Notes under the pieces: generated by a model | What the model was told of the DNA's origin: nothing | Databases searched by the model: none | The model's input: only the letters and a program-made list of their open reading frames with translations | Program-made: the position numbers and the translations under genes | Shown here: positions 10,944 through 19,659 of the stretch, one piece after another | Numbering within the stretch: position 1 is the first letter of the stretch | Layout: each line of letters opens with the position of its first letter | Source: Candidatus Altiarchaeota archaeon | GTDB taxonomy: Archaea > Altiarchaeota > Altiarchaeia > IMC4 > SCGC-AAA252-I15 | Assembly (NCBI GenBank): GCA_043800705.1 | Contig: JAZDMS010000022.1 | Location: forward strand, 1-64,000 | Reading direction: 5' to 3' | DNA length: 64,000 bases

Positions 10944-10974
10944 TTTAAATAGTTTAACAACTATTGATAGTTGT
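10944..10974. promoter_or_regulatory. TATA box and two overlapping palindromes, putative TrmB operator
   Basis: TTTAAATA 10944-10951; AATAGTT-taac-AACTATT 10948-10965; ACAACTAT-tg-ATAGTTGT 10957-10974; lies in the divergent intergenic gap. Confidence 0.65.
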
Positions 10975-10976
10975 AT

Positions 10977-11723
10977 ATGGATGAACTTTTGCGTCTTGGA
11001 CTTACAGAATACGAAAAAAACACTTATATTGCACTAATCCAAGCCGGACCTCTCACCGGCCAGAAGGTTAGCTCAGTGAGCGGGGTACCGCAGGGAAAGG
11101 TCTATCAAGCGTTGAAGGGCCTTGAGGGGAAAGGCATGGTCAAAGTAAATCCTGTCAGACCGAAGGTCTTCTCAGCAGTTGAGCCTGAAGATGCATTGAA
11201 AAAGGTGGTCGAAGAAAGGAGGAACGAACTCCAGAGGATACAAGACCTGCTGATTCCCCAACTCACGAACCTGAAGAAGGCTGAGGCTTCGGAGCCGACC
11301 TCCGAGCGTATCAAGATAATCACAGGCATCGGCAGACAATGGGATTTTGTAGAATACCTCTGGAACACGACAAAAGACAGCATCAAATACATGTTCACCT
11401 ACGAGGAGCGGCCTGAGCGGATAACAAGAGCCACTTACAAATGTGCCGGCCGGGGGGCGGATGTGAGGATAATCGGGACAAAGAAGACGGAGGATGGCAT
11501 CAAAATGATGAAAGAGGACGTACGACACGGTGTCCAGGTCAGATATTTCCCAGTCGACGAGCTCCGTCTTGCCATAAAGGACCATAAAGAGGCGAGACTC
11601 CACCTCGTCAACCCGAAAAACGATCAAGACAGGATAAGCGCCCATGTGCAGAGCGTCGAACTGGCCAATGCCCTCGAACACTACTTCGACGCCCTGTGGG
11701 AGAAGGCCGAGGTGATACAGTGA
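10977..11723 (+). CDS. TrmB-family transcriptional regulator (HTH plus PLD-like effector domain)
   Basis: LGLTEYEKNTYIAL...SGVPQGKVYQALKGLEGKGMV...RPKVF.AV.P; C-terminal LAIKD...YFDALWEKA. Confidence 0.92.
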   Translation: MDELLRLGLTEYEKNTYIALIQAGPLTGQKVSSVSGVPQGKVYQALKGLEGKGMVKVNPVRPKVFSAVEPEDALKKVVEERRNELQRIQDLLIPQLTNLKKAEASEPTSERIKIITGIGRQWDFVEYLWNTTKDSIKYMFTYEERPERITRATYKCAGRGADVRIIGTKKTEDGIKMMKEDVRHGVQVRYFPVDELRLAIKDHKEARLHLVNPKNDQDRISAHVQSVELANALEHYFDALWEKAEVIQ

Positions 11724-11791
11724 TACGCCGCCTCGAGGAGGATGACTGCAGCGGTCGTCGACGTTTTATTCTATGAGTTTTATTCTATTCT

Positions 11792-14149
11792 ATGCGGTAT
11801 GTTCTCTACAGCGCCGGCACCCAGCCGATAAACAAGCATTACCTTCAGATGCAGCGCCACCTCCTCGACCGCGACGTCATAGGCTGCGTTCAAAAGGACA
11901 TCATCATGTGGGACGACCACGGATACGGACGATGGTTCTGGTCCGAAGACGACATCAAGAGGATAAACAAAGACGGCGAAAGACTCCTCAATCCGAAAAT
12001 CGCCAGAAAATCCATAATAGGCCAAAAGAAGGCCGTAAAAGACTACTGGCAGCGGGCGAAAATACTCTTAGAATCTGTTAAAGCAGGAGTATGTGATGAA
12101 GAACTGGCGAAGGAGTATTGGCTTTACTCTGAAGCGTTGAGGAGGGCTTATGCGCACTTCCAAACCAGCGTATCCCATTCGACCCATATGCTCGAATCCA
12201 CACTCTATGAAATTCTGGAAAAACGGTTCCACGACGATGCGAGAAAAAATTTCTCTATTCTAACAACTCCTGAACGGCCGGACCTGATTTACGAAGAGCT
12301 TCAGGACTGGGTTAAGGTGCTGAAAAACCCCACAAAGCAGAGGATTCTCGATCATTCAAGGAAGTATTCATTTCTTCTGCCGAACTTCTTCTCCGAGCGG
12401 GAAGTCCTGGCATGGGCCGACAAACGTATGCGAATCGAGCCTCTGGAGGTTATATCCGACCGCTTAGGGGGGTATCTAAATAAAAAAAGTGACCTGAAAA
12501 AACAGCAGAGACGCATCCTTGCCGAAGCATCATCAGAGAAGGCATCCTACACCTCATCTGTCCTTCGCGAGTTTGCGTTGACCCGGCTTCTGATAAAGAA
12601 CTGCTGGAATGGGGAGGCATTTCATATGCTGCCATTTTTCAAGCATGCCGCCAAGAAGGCGGGGTGTTCGATAGAGGACGCCTACTTCTTTTACACCTCA
12701 AGTGAAATACAAAATCTGCTTGCAAAAGGGGGGAACATCCCCCGGAAAGAATTACAGCGGAGGAAGACGTACTGCCTGCTACAATTCTCAAACGGTAAGA
12801 TCAAGGTGTACAGCGGCCAAGATGCTCTGAGGATGAAGAGAAAACTCCTTGACCCTAGCATCCCGAGCAGGAAGATCAGAAGATTCAAAGGGACGATCGC
12901 CAATCATGGTCGTATAGTTGGGAGGGCAGTTATCCTCAAGGAGGAGAATCCGGCGAGATTCCATAAGATGTCGGAGGGGCTTACAAAAAAGCACATCTTG
13001 GTGACCGGGATGACAAACCCCGCCATGACGATTTTCATGGGCAAGATAGGCGGAATCATCACCGATGAGGGAGGCGCCGCATGCCATGCTGCGGTCATTT
13101 CTCGTGAATTTGATTTGCCATGCCTTGTAGGCTGTAAAGTCGCCACTTTAGTTTTGGAGGAGGGGGACTTCATCATCCTGGACGCGGAAAACGGCTTAGT
13201 CCGCAGGATAAAAGGCTCCGAATACAGAAGACAAAAAAAGAAGGGCAACAAACATCGTTTGCGAAAGACATATTCGCCGGTCGGCGCCCAATTGCCGGTA
13301 ACGGAGGATATCCTGCGGCTTTCAGAAACGTCCAGAGCGGACGCATATCGTGTCGGGGGGAAGGCCGCCAATCTCGGCGAACTCGCCGGATTTTTAATGG
13401 TTCCTGACGCCTTTTCCGTGACGACAAAAGCCTACGCCGACTTCGTCAGAGAGCATGGCATCGATAGGGAGATAGTGAAACTGGACCGGATTAGCTCCGA
13501 TGACATCAAGGGTTTGGAAAGGACGGGATTGAAGATACAAAAACTCATTATGAGGGAGCCGATTGCCAAAAAGCTCACCAAATTGATACTTCATGAGTAT
13601 CGGAGATTGTGCGCCGATAAGGTGGCGATAAGAAGTTCTGCAACTGCGGAGGACCTGGAACATGCAAGCTTCGCAGGCCAGCACGACACCTTCCTTGACG
13701 TAGGCGAGAAAGACGTCATCCAGTCCTTAAAGAAATGCTGGGCGTCGTTCTTCAACCTGCGGGCGATCATCTACAGAAAACACAACGACATACCCAATGC
13801 AAACTCGGGCGTCGCAGTCTTGGTTCAGAGGATGGTCGAGGCCGAATATGCCGGCGTGATCTTCACAAGGGATCCGATAAAGAAGAAGCACATCTATATG
13901 GAAGTTGTGGAAGGCCTCGGCGATAAGCTGGTTTCGGGTGAGGTGACGCCGTCGTCGTATATGGTGGATCGGGACGGATTAGGCATCGTCGAGGAACGTG
14001 AGCCGATACTGTCCAAGGGCATCGTAAAGGAGTTGGCGAAGACGGCGTTGAAAATAGAAAAAGCATACGGGAGGCCGCAGGACATCGAGTTCGCAGTCAG
14101 GAAGGGCGGGATATTCATCCTCCAAAGCAGGCCGATAACTACGCTTTGA
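11792..14149 (+). CDS. Helical domain + phospho-His swivel domain + C-terminal PEP-synthase/PPDK-type ATP-grasp domain
   Basis: ITDEGGAACHAAVISRE, followed by VGGKAANLGEL, AIRSSATAED...SFAGQHDT, VLVQRMV, PQDIEF, ILQSRPIT. Confidence 0.9.
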   Translation: MRYVLYSAGTQPINKHYLQMQRHLLDRDVIGCVQKDIIMWDDHGYGRWFWSEDDIKRINKDGERLLNPKIARKSIIGQKKAVKDYWQRAKILLESVKAGVCDEELAKEYWLYSEALRRAYAHFQTSVSHSTHMLESTLYEILEKRFHDDARKNFSILTTPERPDLIYEELQDWVKVLKNPTKQRILDHSRKYSFLLPNFFSEREVLAWADKRMRIEPLEVISDRLGGYLNKKSDLKKQQRRILAEASSEKASYTSSVLREFALTRLLIKNCWNGEAFHMLPFFKHAAKKAGCSIEDAYFFYTSSEIQNLLAKGGNIPRKELQRRKTYCLLQFSNGKIKVYSGQDALRMKRKLLDPSIPSRKIRRFKGTIANHGRIVGRAVILKEENPARFHKMSEGLTKKHILVTGMTNPAMTIFMGKIGGIITDEGGAACHAAVISREFDLPCLVGCKVATLVLEEGDFIILDAENGLVRRIKGSEYRRQKKKGNKHRLRKTYSPVGAQLPVTEDILRLSETSRADAYRVGGKAANLGELAGFLMVPDAFSVTTKAYADFVREHGIDREIVKLDRISSDDIKGLERTGLKIQKLIMREPIAKKLTKLILHEYRRLCADKVAIRSSATAEDLEHASFAGQHDTFLDVGEKDVIQSLKKCWASFFNLRAIIYRKHNDIPNANSGVAVLVQRMVEAEYAGVIFTRDPIKKKHIYMEVVEGLGDKLVSGEVTPSSYMVDRDGLGIVEEREPILSKGIVKELAKTALKIEKAYGRPQDIEFAVRKGGIFILQSRPITTL

Positions 14150-15584
14150 GCTTTTTTACGGTGCCTTTTGTCGCGTCCACTTCCACCAGGTCCCCATCTT
14201 TGAAGACTTCTGTTGCTATTCTTGTGCCGACGACACAGGGTATTTTGAGTTCCCTTGCAGTTATCGCGGCATGGCATATGAGGCCTCCGGTGTTGGTGAC
14301 TATGGCGGCAGCCTTTTTCATCGCCATTATGAGGTCCGGGCTTGTGGCCTGGGAGACGAGTATGTCTCCGTCCCTCATCTTTTCCATGTCTTTTGGCACG
14401 TGGATTATCCGGGCCCTCCCTATCGCCTTCCCCCGGTAGGCGACCTGGCCTTTGACTTCCGTCAATCCGCTGTGGTCTCTGTCCAGGCCAAGGGTGGTGT
14501 AGAATTTGCGTGCCCTCTCCCCGGTCAGTAGCTGGGTCTTGTCTTTGGCCGCTATGTAGCACGAATATTCCCTTCGTTTTTTCAGCTGTGCGACCGTTGG
14601 TTTATTTTTGAGGATGAATTCTTCCAGTTCCCAGGGTAACATGTAAAGGAGGGTTCGCCAATCTTCGACTTTATGCCGCTTCGCCAGTTCCTTGAAGAGG
14701 GGTTCGTAGCAGTAGAATCCGTGATATTCGACGTCTTTGCGCCATCCCTTCTGCCATAGGACCGTCTGGGCGAGTTTGACCAGGTTTCTCCCCCGGCTTG
14801 TGAATTTGAGCCGATTCATCAGCGTATCCTGTCTCTTGCGCGTTTCCTTTAGCCGTTTCAGGAGATCGAGGTTGGCGTTATTCGAAGTAGCCTTCGCATA
14901 CTCCGATTCCAGCTGTTCGAAGCTCGATGGGGGTCCGTAGTACATGTAATCTAGCCAGCAGTATTTTTCTTGTATCTTATGGAGCCTCGTCTGGACGCTC
15001 GTGCTTGGCCGGCGCTTCGCCTTGTCCGCCAGTTTCGCGACTCCGACGTCTTTTATCTGTCTTATGCTGGGTTTTGTGACCTGCGTGAGAAGCGTCCAAT
15101 ATTCCTCGAACCGTTCGTCGTCGGATATCATCTCCCCTAGTTCGGCCCGTATCCTGTTTGAGAGGTGGTTTCTTCCGTCCACCGGGAGGCCGTTTATGTA
15201 TATGGCTAATACACGGGTCTTCATCTGGAGGGGGACGATCCTCTTCGCCTCTTTGGCGATCTCCCGACCGGTCATACTCGTGTAATCCAGTCGCCTCAGC
15301 CTATCTCCCGCCTTGAAATACAGTTTCGCGTTCCTGTAGAAGTCGGAGTAGATTTTTCTGCGCCATTTGCAGTCGTTCATCAGCTTGTCTGCGAGGTACT
15401 CCCCCAGCCTGTTGAATTGGCCGGTTTTGAAGACCATGGGATTGACATCATCGTGCATGAAGCCTATGAACCGTGAGTCCTCAGGGTTTCCGGCCTCTAT
15501 CAGCATGTTCGGGAAGTGCCTGGATGTAGCGCCGACCAGGAACCAGTGTGCGCCATATATCCGTTCGAAGATCTCCCAGCCCAT
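14139..15584 (-). CDS. Helical domain plus C-terminal PEP-utilising mobile (phospho-His swivel) domain
   Basis: GDILVSQATSP...AIVTNTGGLICHAAITARELKIPCVVGT. Confidence 0.9.
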   Translation of the reverse strand: MGWEIFERIYGAHWFLVGATSRHFPNMLIEAGNPEDSRFIGFMHDDVNPMVFKTGQFNRLGEYLADKLMNDCKWRRKIYSDFYRNAKLYFKAGDRLRRLDYTSMTGREIAKEAKRIVPLQMKTRVLAIYINGLPVDGRNHLSNRIRAELGEMISDDERFEEYWTLLTQVTKPSIRQIKDVGVAKLADKAKRRPSTSVQTRLHKIQEKYCWLDYMYYGPPSSFEQLESEYAKATSNNANLDLLKRLKETRKRQDTLMNRLKFTSRGRNLVKLAQTVLWQKGWRKDVEYHGFYCYEPLFKELAKRHKVEDWRTLLYMLPWELEEFILKNKPTVAQLKKRREYSCYIAAKDKTQLLTGERARKFYTTLGLDRDHSGLTEVKGQVAYRGKAIGRARIIHVPKDMEKMRDGDILVSQATSPDLIMAMKKAAAIVTNTGGLICHAAITARELKIPCVVGTRIATEVFKDGDLVEVDATKGTVKKLKA

Positions 15585-15632
15585 GGGGAGTATATTGTCG
15601 TGGCTTATTTTAAATCCTTCTTATTATTTACC

Positions 15633-16190
15633 ATGTTCATCGTCTTGGAGGGCGTCGACGGAAGCGGGAAGTCCACCCATGCGAGGCTCCTGGCGGATTG
15701 GTTGAGGGGCAGGGGGAAGGGGGTCTTCCTGACAATGGAGCCGACCGACGGGAAGATCGGGAAGCTCATAAGGGAGGTCCTGTCAGGGAGGATCCATGTC
15801 GACCCGAAGGCGCTCGCGCTCCTTTTCTGCGCGGACCGGGTTGAGCATGTGAGGCAGATCAACGAGGCCCTCAGCAAGGGTGACACAGTCATATCCGACC
15901 GCTACTTCCATTCCACCGTCGCCTACCAGGCCGCCCAGGGCGTCGACCGTAATTGGCTCATTCAGCTGAACAGGTTCGTGATCGAACCAGACCTCGTAAT
16001 CCTTTTGGACGTGGACCCCGCAGCCGGCGCCGACCGGGCCAGGAGCGGGGAGATATTCGAGAAGAGTGATTTCCTCGACAAAGTTAGGGTGGGGTACCTT
16101 AGATTCAAGGAGATAAAGGTAGTCGACTCATCGAAGGATAAGGATGCCGTGCAAGAGGAGATCAGGAGTATCGTTCACGGCTGCCTCTAG
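15633..16190 (+). CDS. tmk: Thymidylate kinase
   Basis: Motifs FIVLEGVDGSGKST, LLFCADR.EH, VISDRYFHSTVAYQ, PDLVILLD. Confidence 0.95.
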   Translation: MFIVLEGVDGSGKSTHARLLADWLRGRGKGVFLTMEPTDGKIGKLIREVLSGRIHVDPKALALLFCADRVEHVRQINEALSKGDTVISDRYFHSTVAYQAAQGVDRNWLIQLNRFVIEPDLVILLDVDPAAGADRARSGEIFEKSDFLDKVRVGYLRFKEIKVVDSSKDKDAVQEEIRSIVHGCL

Positions 16191-16197
16191 CCGGGCC

Positions 16198-17667
16198 TTA
16201 TCTTCTTCCACCAGGGTATTCGAAGTCTATGTATGCCTTGTACGGGTCGGCGTATGTCAGCCGCACCCTGATTCTGTCCCCTATCCTGAGTCCTTTTTCG
16301 CCGCGGATTATGCGGCCTTCCACCGACGGGCTCAGGAGGCGGGCGTATGTGCCTTTTTCGCTCGCTCCCGTCACGAGGGCTTCGAATGTCTCCCCTATCC
16401 GGCCTTGCAGCATGACGGCGGCAGCCGATTTCCGCATGTATCTTTCGACCTTTTTCGATCCTTTTTCGCGGTCTGTCAGCCAGGCCGCTTCGTCGACGAG
16501 CTCTTTCAACGAGTAGGGAGCCGGTTTCTTGTCGATGACGGCTTTGACCAGCCGTTGGACTATCAGATCCACATACCTTCGGTTCGGCGCCGTAGCATGG
16601 GTATAGTCCGTCACTGCGAGGGAGAAGTGGCCGATGCCGGCTTTCCCCGGCTCTTGTGTCACGTATTCTCCCGGGCCGAGCAGTTTTACGACGGTGACTG
16701 AGAGGTCCGGGAACCGTTCGGGGTCGGCCTCCTTTCTGCGGTCGAGGAATTCAGACAGCGCCTTCGAGTCCGGCTGAGGCGGGAGGGCGGTCCCGTATGC
16801 GGCCGCCGCGTCGACTATCCCCTTCCAGTCCCTCGGGCTCCTGACGACCCGCTGTATCATGGGGACGCCGGCTTTCTCGAGGAAGCCGACCATGGCGCCG
16901 TTGGCTGCGACCATGAAGTCCTCGATTATGCATCTGGCCCGGTTCTTCCGCTGGATTATGAGGTCCTTGACATGGCCGTCTTCCATGAGCGGCTTCGCCT
17001 CTATGGTGTCGAATTCAAGAGCCCCCGAATCCATGCGGTATTTTTTCAGGCGCCTGGAGGCCTCGTCCTGCAGGCGCAGCTGCTCCTTTAAGCCGGGGGT
17101 CTTCTCAACCTGGTGAGGCATGGGCCCTTTACCTTCAAGCCAGTCTCCGACCTCTTCATAGACGAGCTTTGACTTGTTCATCACCGTCGCACGGCTTATG
17201 CCCCCGGGTCTGATTCTGCCGTCCGGGAGGACGGAATATTCTATGACCATCGCCCTGCGTTCCTGATTCGGGAGGAGGGAGGTTAGGCCTTTGGACAGGC
17301 GATCCGGAAAGAGTGGGAAGACTTCCACACCGGTATAGACTGATGTGCCGTTGTGTGCGGCGTATTCGTCGAGTTTCGAGCCTTTTTTTACGTAGCAGTC
17401 GACGTCCGCTATCGCCACCCTCACAAGGATTTCCCCATCCTGGCCTTGTTCGCAGTATTCTAGCTGGTCCAGGTCCTGCGAGTCGCTGTTGTCTATCGAC
17501 GACCACAGGAGCCGGTTCAGGTCTTTTGAATTTTCGCTTGAGCCGGCTTCACTGACGATCGATAAGGCTTCGCCCGCCGCGGCGGCGGGAAATTTAGAAT
17601 CGAAACCGTACTTCGCCATCGCCTGCCGGGCGATCGCCCCAAGGTCCACTTTTCTGCGGTTTTTCAT
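16198..17667 (-). CDS. RNB-domain exoribonuclease (RNase II/R family)
   Basis: Motifs SIDNSDSQDLDQ, VAIADV, GTSVY, IEDFMVAAN, HFSLA..DYTHATAPNRRYVDL; C-terminal S1-like domain. Confidence 0.92.
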   Translation of the reverse strand: MKNRRKVDLGAIARQAMAKYGFDSKFPAAAAGEALSIVSEAGSSENSKDLNRLLWSSIDNSDSQDLDQLEYCEQGQDGEILVRVAIADVDCYVKKGSKLDEYAAHNGTSVYTGVEVFPLFPDRLSKGLTSLLPNQERRAMVIEYSVLPDGRIRPGGISRATVMNKSKLVYEEVGDWLEGKGPMPHQVEKTPGLKEQLRLQDEASRRLKKYRMDSGALEFDTIEAKPLMEDGHVKDLIIQRKNRARCIIEDFMVAANGAMVGFLEKAGVPMIQRVVRSPRDWKGIVDAAAAYGTALPPQPDSKALSEFLDRRKEADPERFPDLSVTVVKLLGPGEYVTQEPGKAGIGHFSLAVTDYTHATAPNRRYVDLIVQRLVKAVIDKKPAPYSLKELVDEAAWLTDREKGSKKVERYMRKSAAAVMLQGRIGETFEALVTGASEKGTYARLLSPSVEGRIIRGEKGLRIGDRIRVRLTYADPYKAYIDFEYPGGRR

Positions 17668-17674
17668 CGCGGAT

Positions 17675-18280
17675 TCAACGCATCACGTGTATGCTGTTGT
17701 CGAGCGTATATAGCCGTGCGAAACCTGGTTTGACGTCCAGTACGCTGATAGAGCAGTTCTTCTGCTTGATATTCTTGGCTTTCTCCAAGGGCATACTGAG
17801 GAGGTACGAAAGTATCACGCGGTTGACGACGTTATGGCCTACGGCGAGTATCGTCGGGTTTCCATCATTCTGCGCCAGGCTTTCCAGAAGAGGAATCACC
17901 CTTGTGCTGACGTCCGCCAGGCTTTCCCCGCCGGGTATCGGCTTGTCAGGATGGGCGAATATATCCTCGAATATGTTGGGAAATCTTTTCTCGGCTTCCT
18001 CGTGGCTTAAGCCGACCAGGTCGCCCATCTCTATCTCCCGAAGCTCTTCCTTGAAGGTTGGCCTTATTTCGCGTCCTTTTAGCATCGCTTCGCATGTCTG
18101 CCTGGCCCTGTTGGCGGGACTGCAATAGACTTCGGATAACCTCTCGGCCGCCAGCCTTTCGCCGAGGGCTTTGGCCTGCCTATTGCCCCTATCGGAGAGT
18201 GTTCCTCCCTCTTTTCCGCCAAGAATCACCGAATTCGTGTTCGCGGTCGTTTCTCCGTGCCGGACCAATATGAACTTCAT
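17675..18280 (-). CDS. Histidine phosphatase / phosphoglycerate mutase family protein
   Basis: Motifs LVRHGET, SP..RA.QT, LREIEMG, PGGES, VGH. Confidence 0.92.
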   Translation of the reverse strand: MKFILVRHGETTANTNSVILGGKEGGTLSDRGNRQAKALGERLAAERLSEVYCSPANRARQTCEAMLKGREIRPTFKEELREIEMGDLVGLSHEEAEKRFPNIFEDIFAHPDKPIPGGESLADVSTRVIPLLESLAQNDGNPTILAVGHNVVNRVILSYLLSMPLEKAKNIKQKNCSISVLDVKPGFARLYTLDNSIHVMR

Positions 18281-18298
18281 GTACAGACAATTATGTGC

Positions 18299-18433
18299 TT
18301 ATGTAAAAATGCCCCGTCGAGAGGACGGGTCGGCTATCCTCTGTATGATGGCGTCGCCTGCCGGGACTCCCAGGTAGGCGGCGAGCGCCATTACCCCTAT
18401 GCAGGAGCTGATTATGTGCTCTTTAGGGAACAT
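18299..18433 (-). pseudogene. 44-codon ORF, probable truncated membrane-protein 5' remnant
   Basis: MFPKEHIISSCIGVMALAAYLGVPAGDAII..., starting 5 nt after the HD gene stop. Confidence 0.4.
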
Positions 18434-18438
18434 GCTGG

Positions 18439-19629
18439 TCAGATGAATCCGCTTATGCGCGTCTGTTTATAGGTGAAATAGTCCTCGGGGGAGAACTCAG
18501 ACAGCTTCTGGCGGTCTTGAGGGCGGACGTAGATGTTGACGGTCAGCTTCTCCTTCTCCGATCCCTCGAGGGATTTCGCCAGCTGAGACACCTCGCTGAT
18601 CGATTTGAGGCCGTGCGGCGTCTTGACCTTGACCCGGTATTCGTTCATGCTAGTCTCGGGGTAGTCCAGGAGGAGATAGCCTTCGTCTATCCCGTGTTCT
18701 TTGGCCATCTTCGCCTCGATCGCCACAGTATTCTCGGCTAGCTCCTTCTTCGACTCCTCCGTCAGGAGGTGGATGTTCTCGCTGTAGGCATTCTTGAAAA
18801 GGCGGCGGCAATCTAGCCTGGCCATCATGTCCTGCGCATATCCCGTCGACATCCTCATCTTCGAGATGAGGCCTATGTCGTCCATCCGCGCCAGCGCGAT
18901 CGGGTCCGATCCATCCTCTATCAGCCTGCCGAGGGCGTGAGTCATCATCGACTCCGCTATCCGTTTCGCATGGTGTCGGTAGACGGTCTGATACATCATG
19001 TTGCGGTTTATCAGGAGCGACTCCGCAGCCTCAAGGCCGCCTGATTCGACGAGGACGTCGCCTTTTTCGAATCTGATGCTGTAAAGGAGCCGTTCGACGT
19101 CGGTGACGCCGTAGGCCACGCCGGCATAGTAGGCGTCCCTGACGAGGTAGTCCATCTTGTCGACGTCCACCTCGGAGGAGAGGAGTTTTCCCAGCTTTCC
19201 CCGTCCATATATGAGTTCTACGACGGCCTTTGGCTTGATCCCCGCCTTTCCCATCATGTCCGATATCTCCGTCTCATTGATGATCCTCGCCGATTCCCCC
19301 TCGTGGTCGAAGCCGTGCCTGAGCATAAGCTCGTCGAATGTGTGGCTGAACGGGCCGTGGCCAACGTCGTGCAACAGGCATGCGGCCTTCAGCTCCATCT
19401 CGTCGGATTCATCAAGCTGAAGGTGTTCGGATATAGAGCCGCCGAGGTGGAATACTCCGAGGGAGTGTTCGAATCGGGTCGAGTTCATGGCTGGGTATAC
19501 GAGGTAGCAGAGGCCATTCTGCTTGATGTTTCGCAGGCGCTGCATCTGGGGAGTGTCCAGAAGGCCGAGGAATGCGCCATCTAGCCGTATGTTGCCGTGG
19601 ATCGGGTCCCTGACGACTTTCTCGGACAT
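18439..19629 (-). CDS. HD-domain phosphohydrolase (SAMHD1/YdhJ-like dNTPase family)
   Basis: Motifs RDPIHG, QRLRNIKQ, TRFEHSLG, LLHDVGHGPFSH, DVDKMDYL.RD. Confidence 0.93.
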   Translation of the reverse strand: MSEKVVRDPIHGNIRLDGAFLGLLDTPQMQRLRNIKQNGLCYLVYPAMNSTRFEHSLGVFHLGGSISEHLQLDESDEMELKAACLLHDVGHGPFSHTFDELMLRHGFDHEGESARIINETEISDMMGKAGIKPKAVVELIYGRGKLGKLLSSEVDVDKMDYLVRDAYYAGVAYGVTDVERLLYSIRFEKGDVLVESGGLEAAESLLINRNMMYQTVYRHHAKRIAESMMTHALGRLIEDGSDPIALARMDDIGLISKMRMSTGYAQDMMARLDCRRLFKNAYSENIHLLTEESKKELAENTVAIEAKMAKEHGIDEGYLLLDYPETSMNEYRVKVKTPHGLKSISEVSQLAKSLEGSEKEKLTVNIYVRPQDRQKLSEFSPEDYFTYKQTRISGFI

Positions 19630-19659
19630 GGTAGATACAATTAGGAGAGGGGTAATAAA

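Noticed and set aside
11792-14149. Calling this gene PEP synthase (ppsA) or PPDK
   Set aside because: There is no pyruvate-binding TIM barrel and the domain order is different.
18310-18410. GC-rich hairpins as a C/D or H/ACA sRNA
   Set aside because: Box motifs are incomplete, and the region reads as a coupled small ORF on the minus strand.
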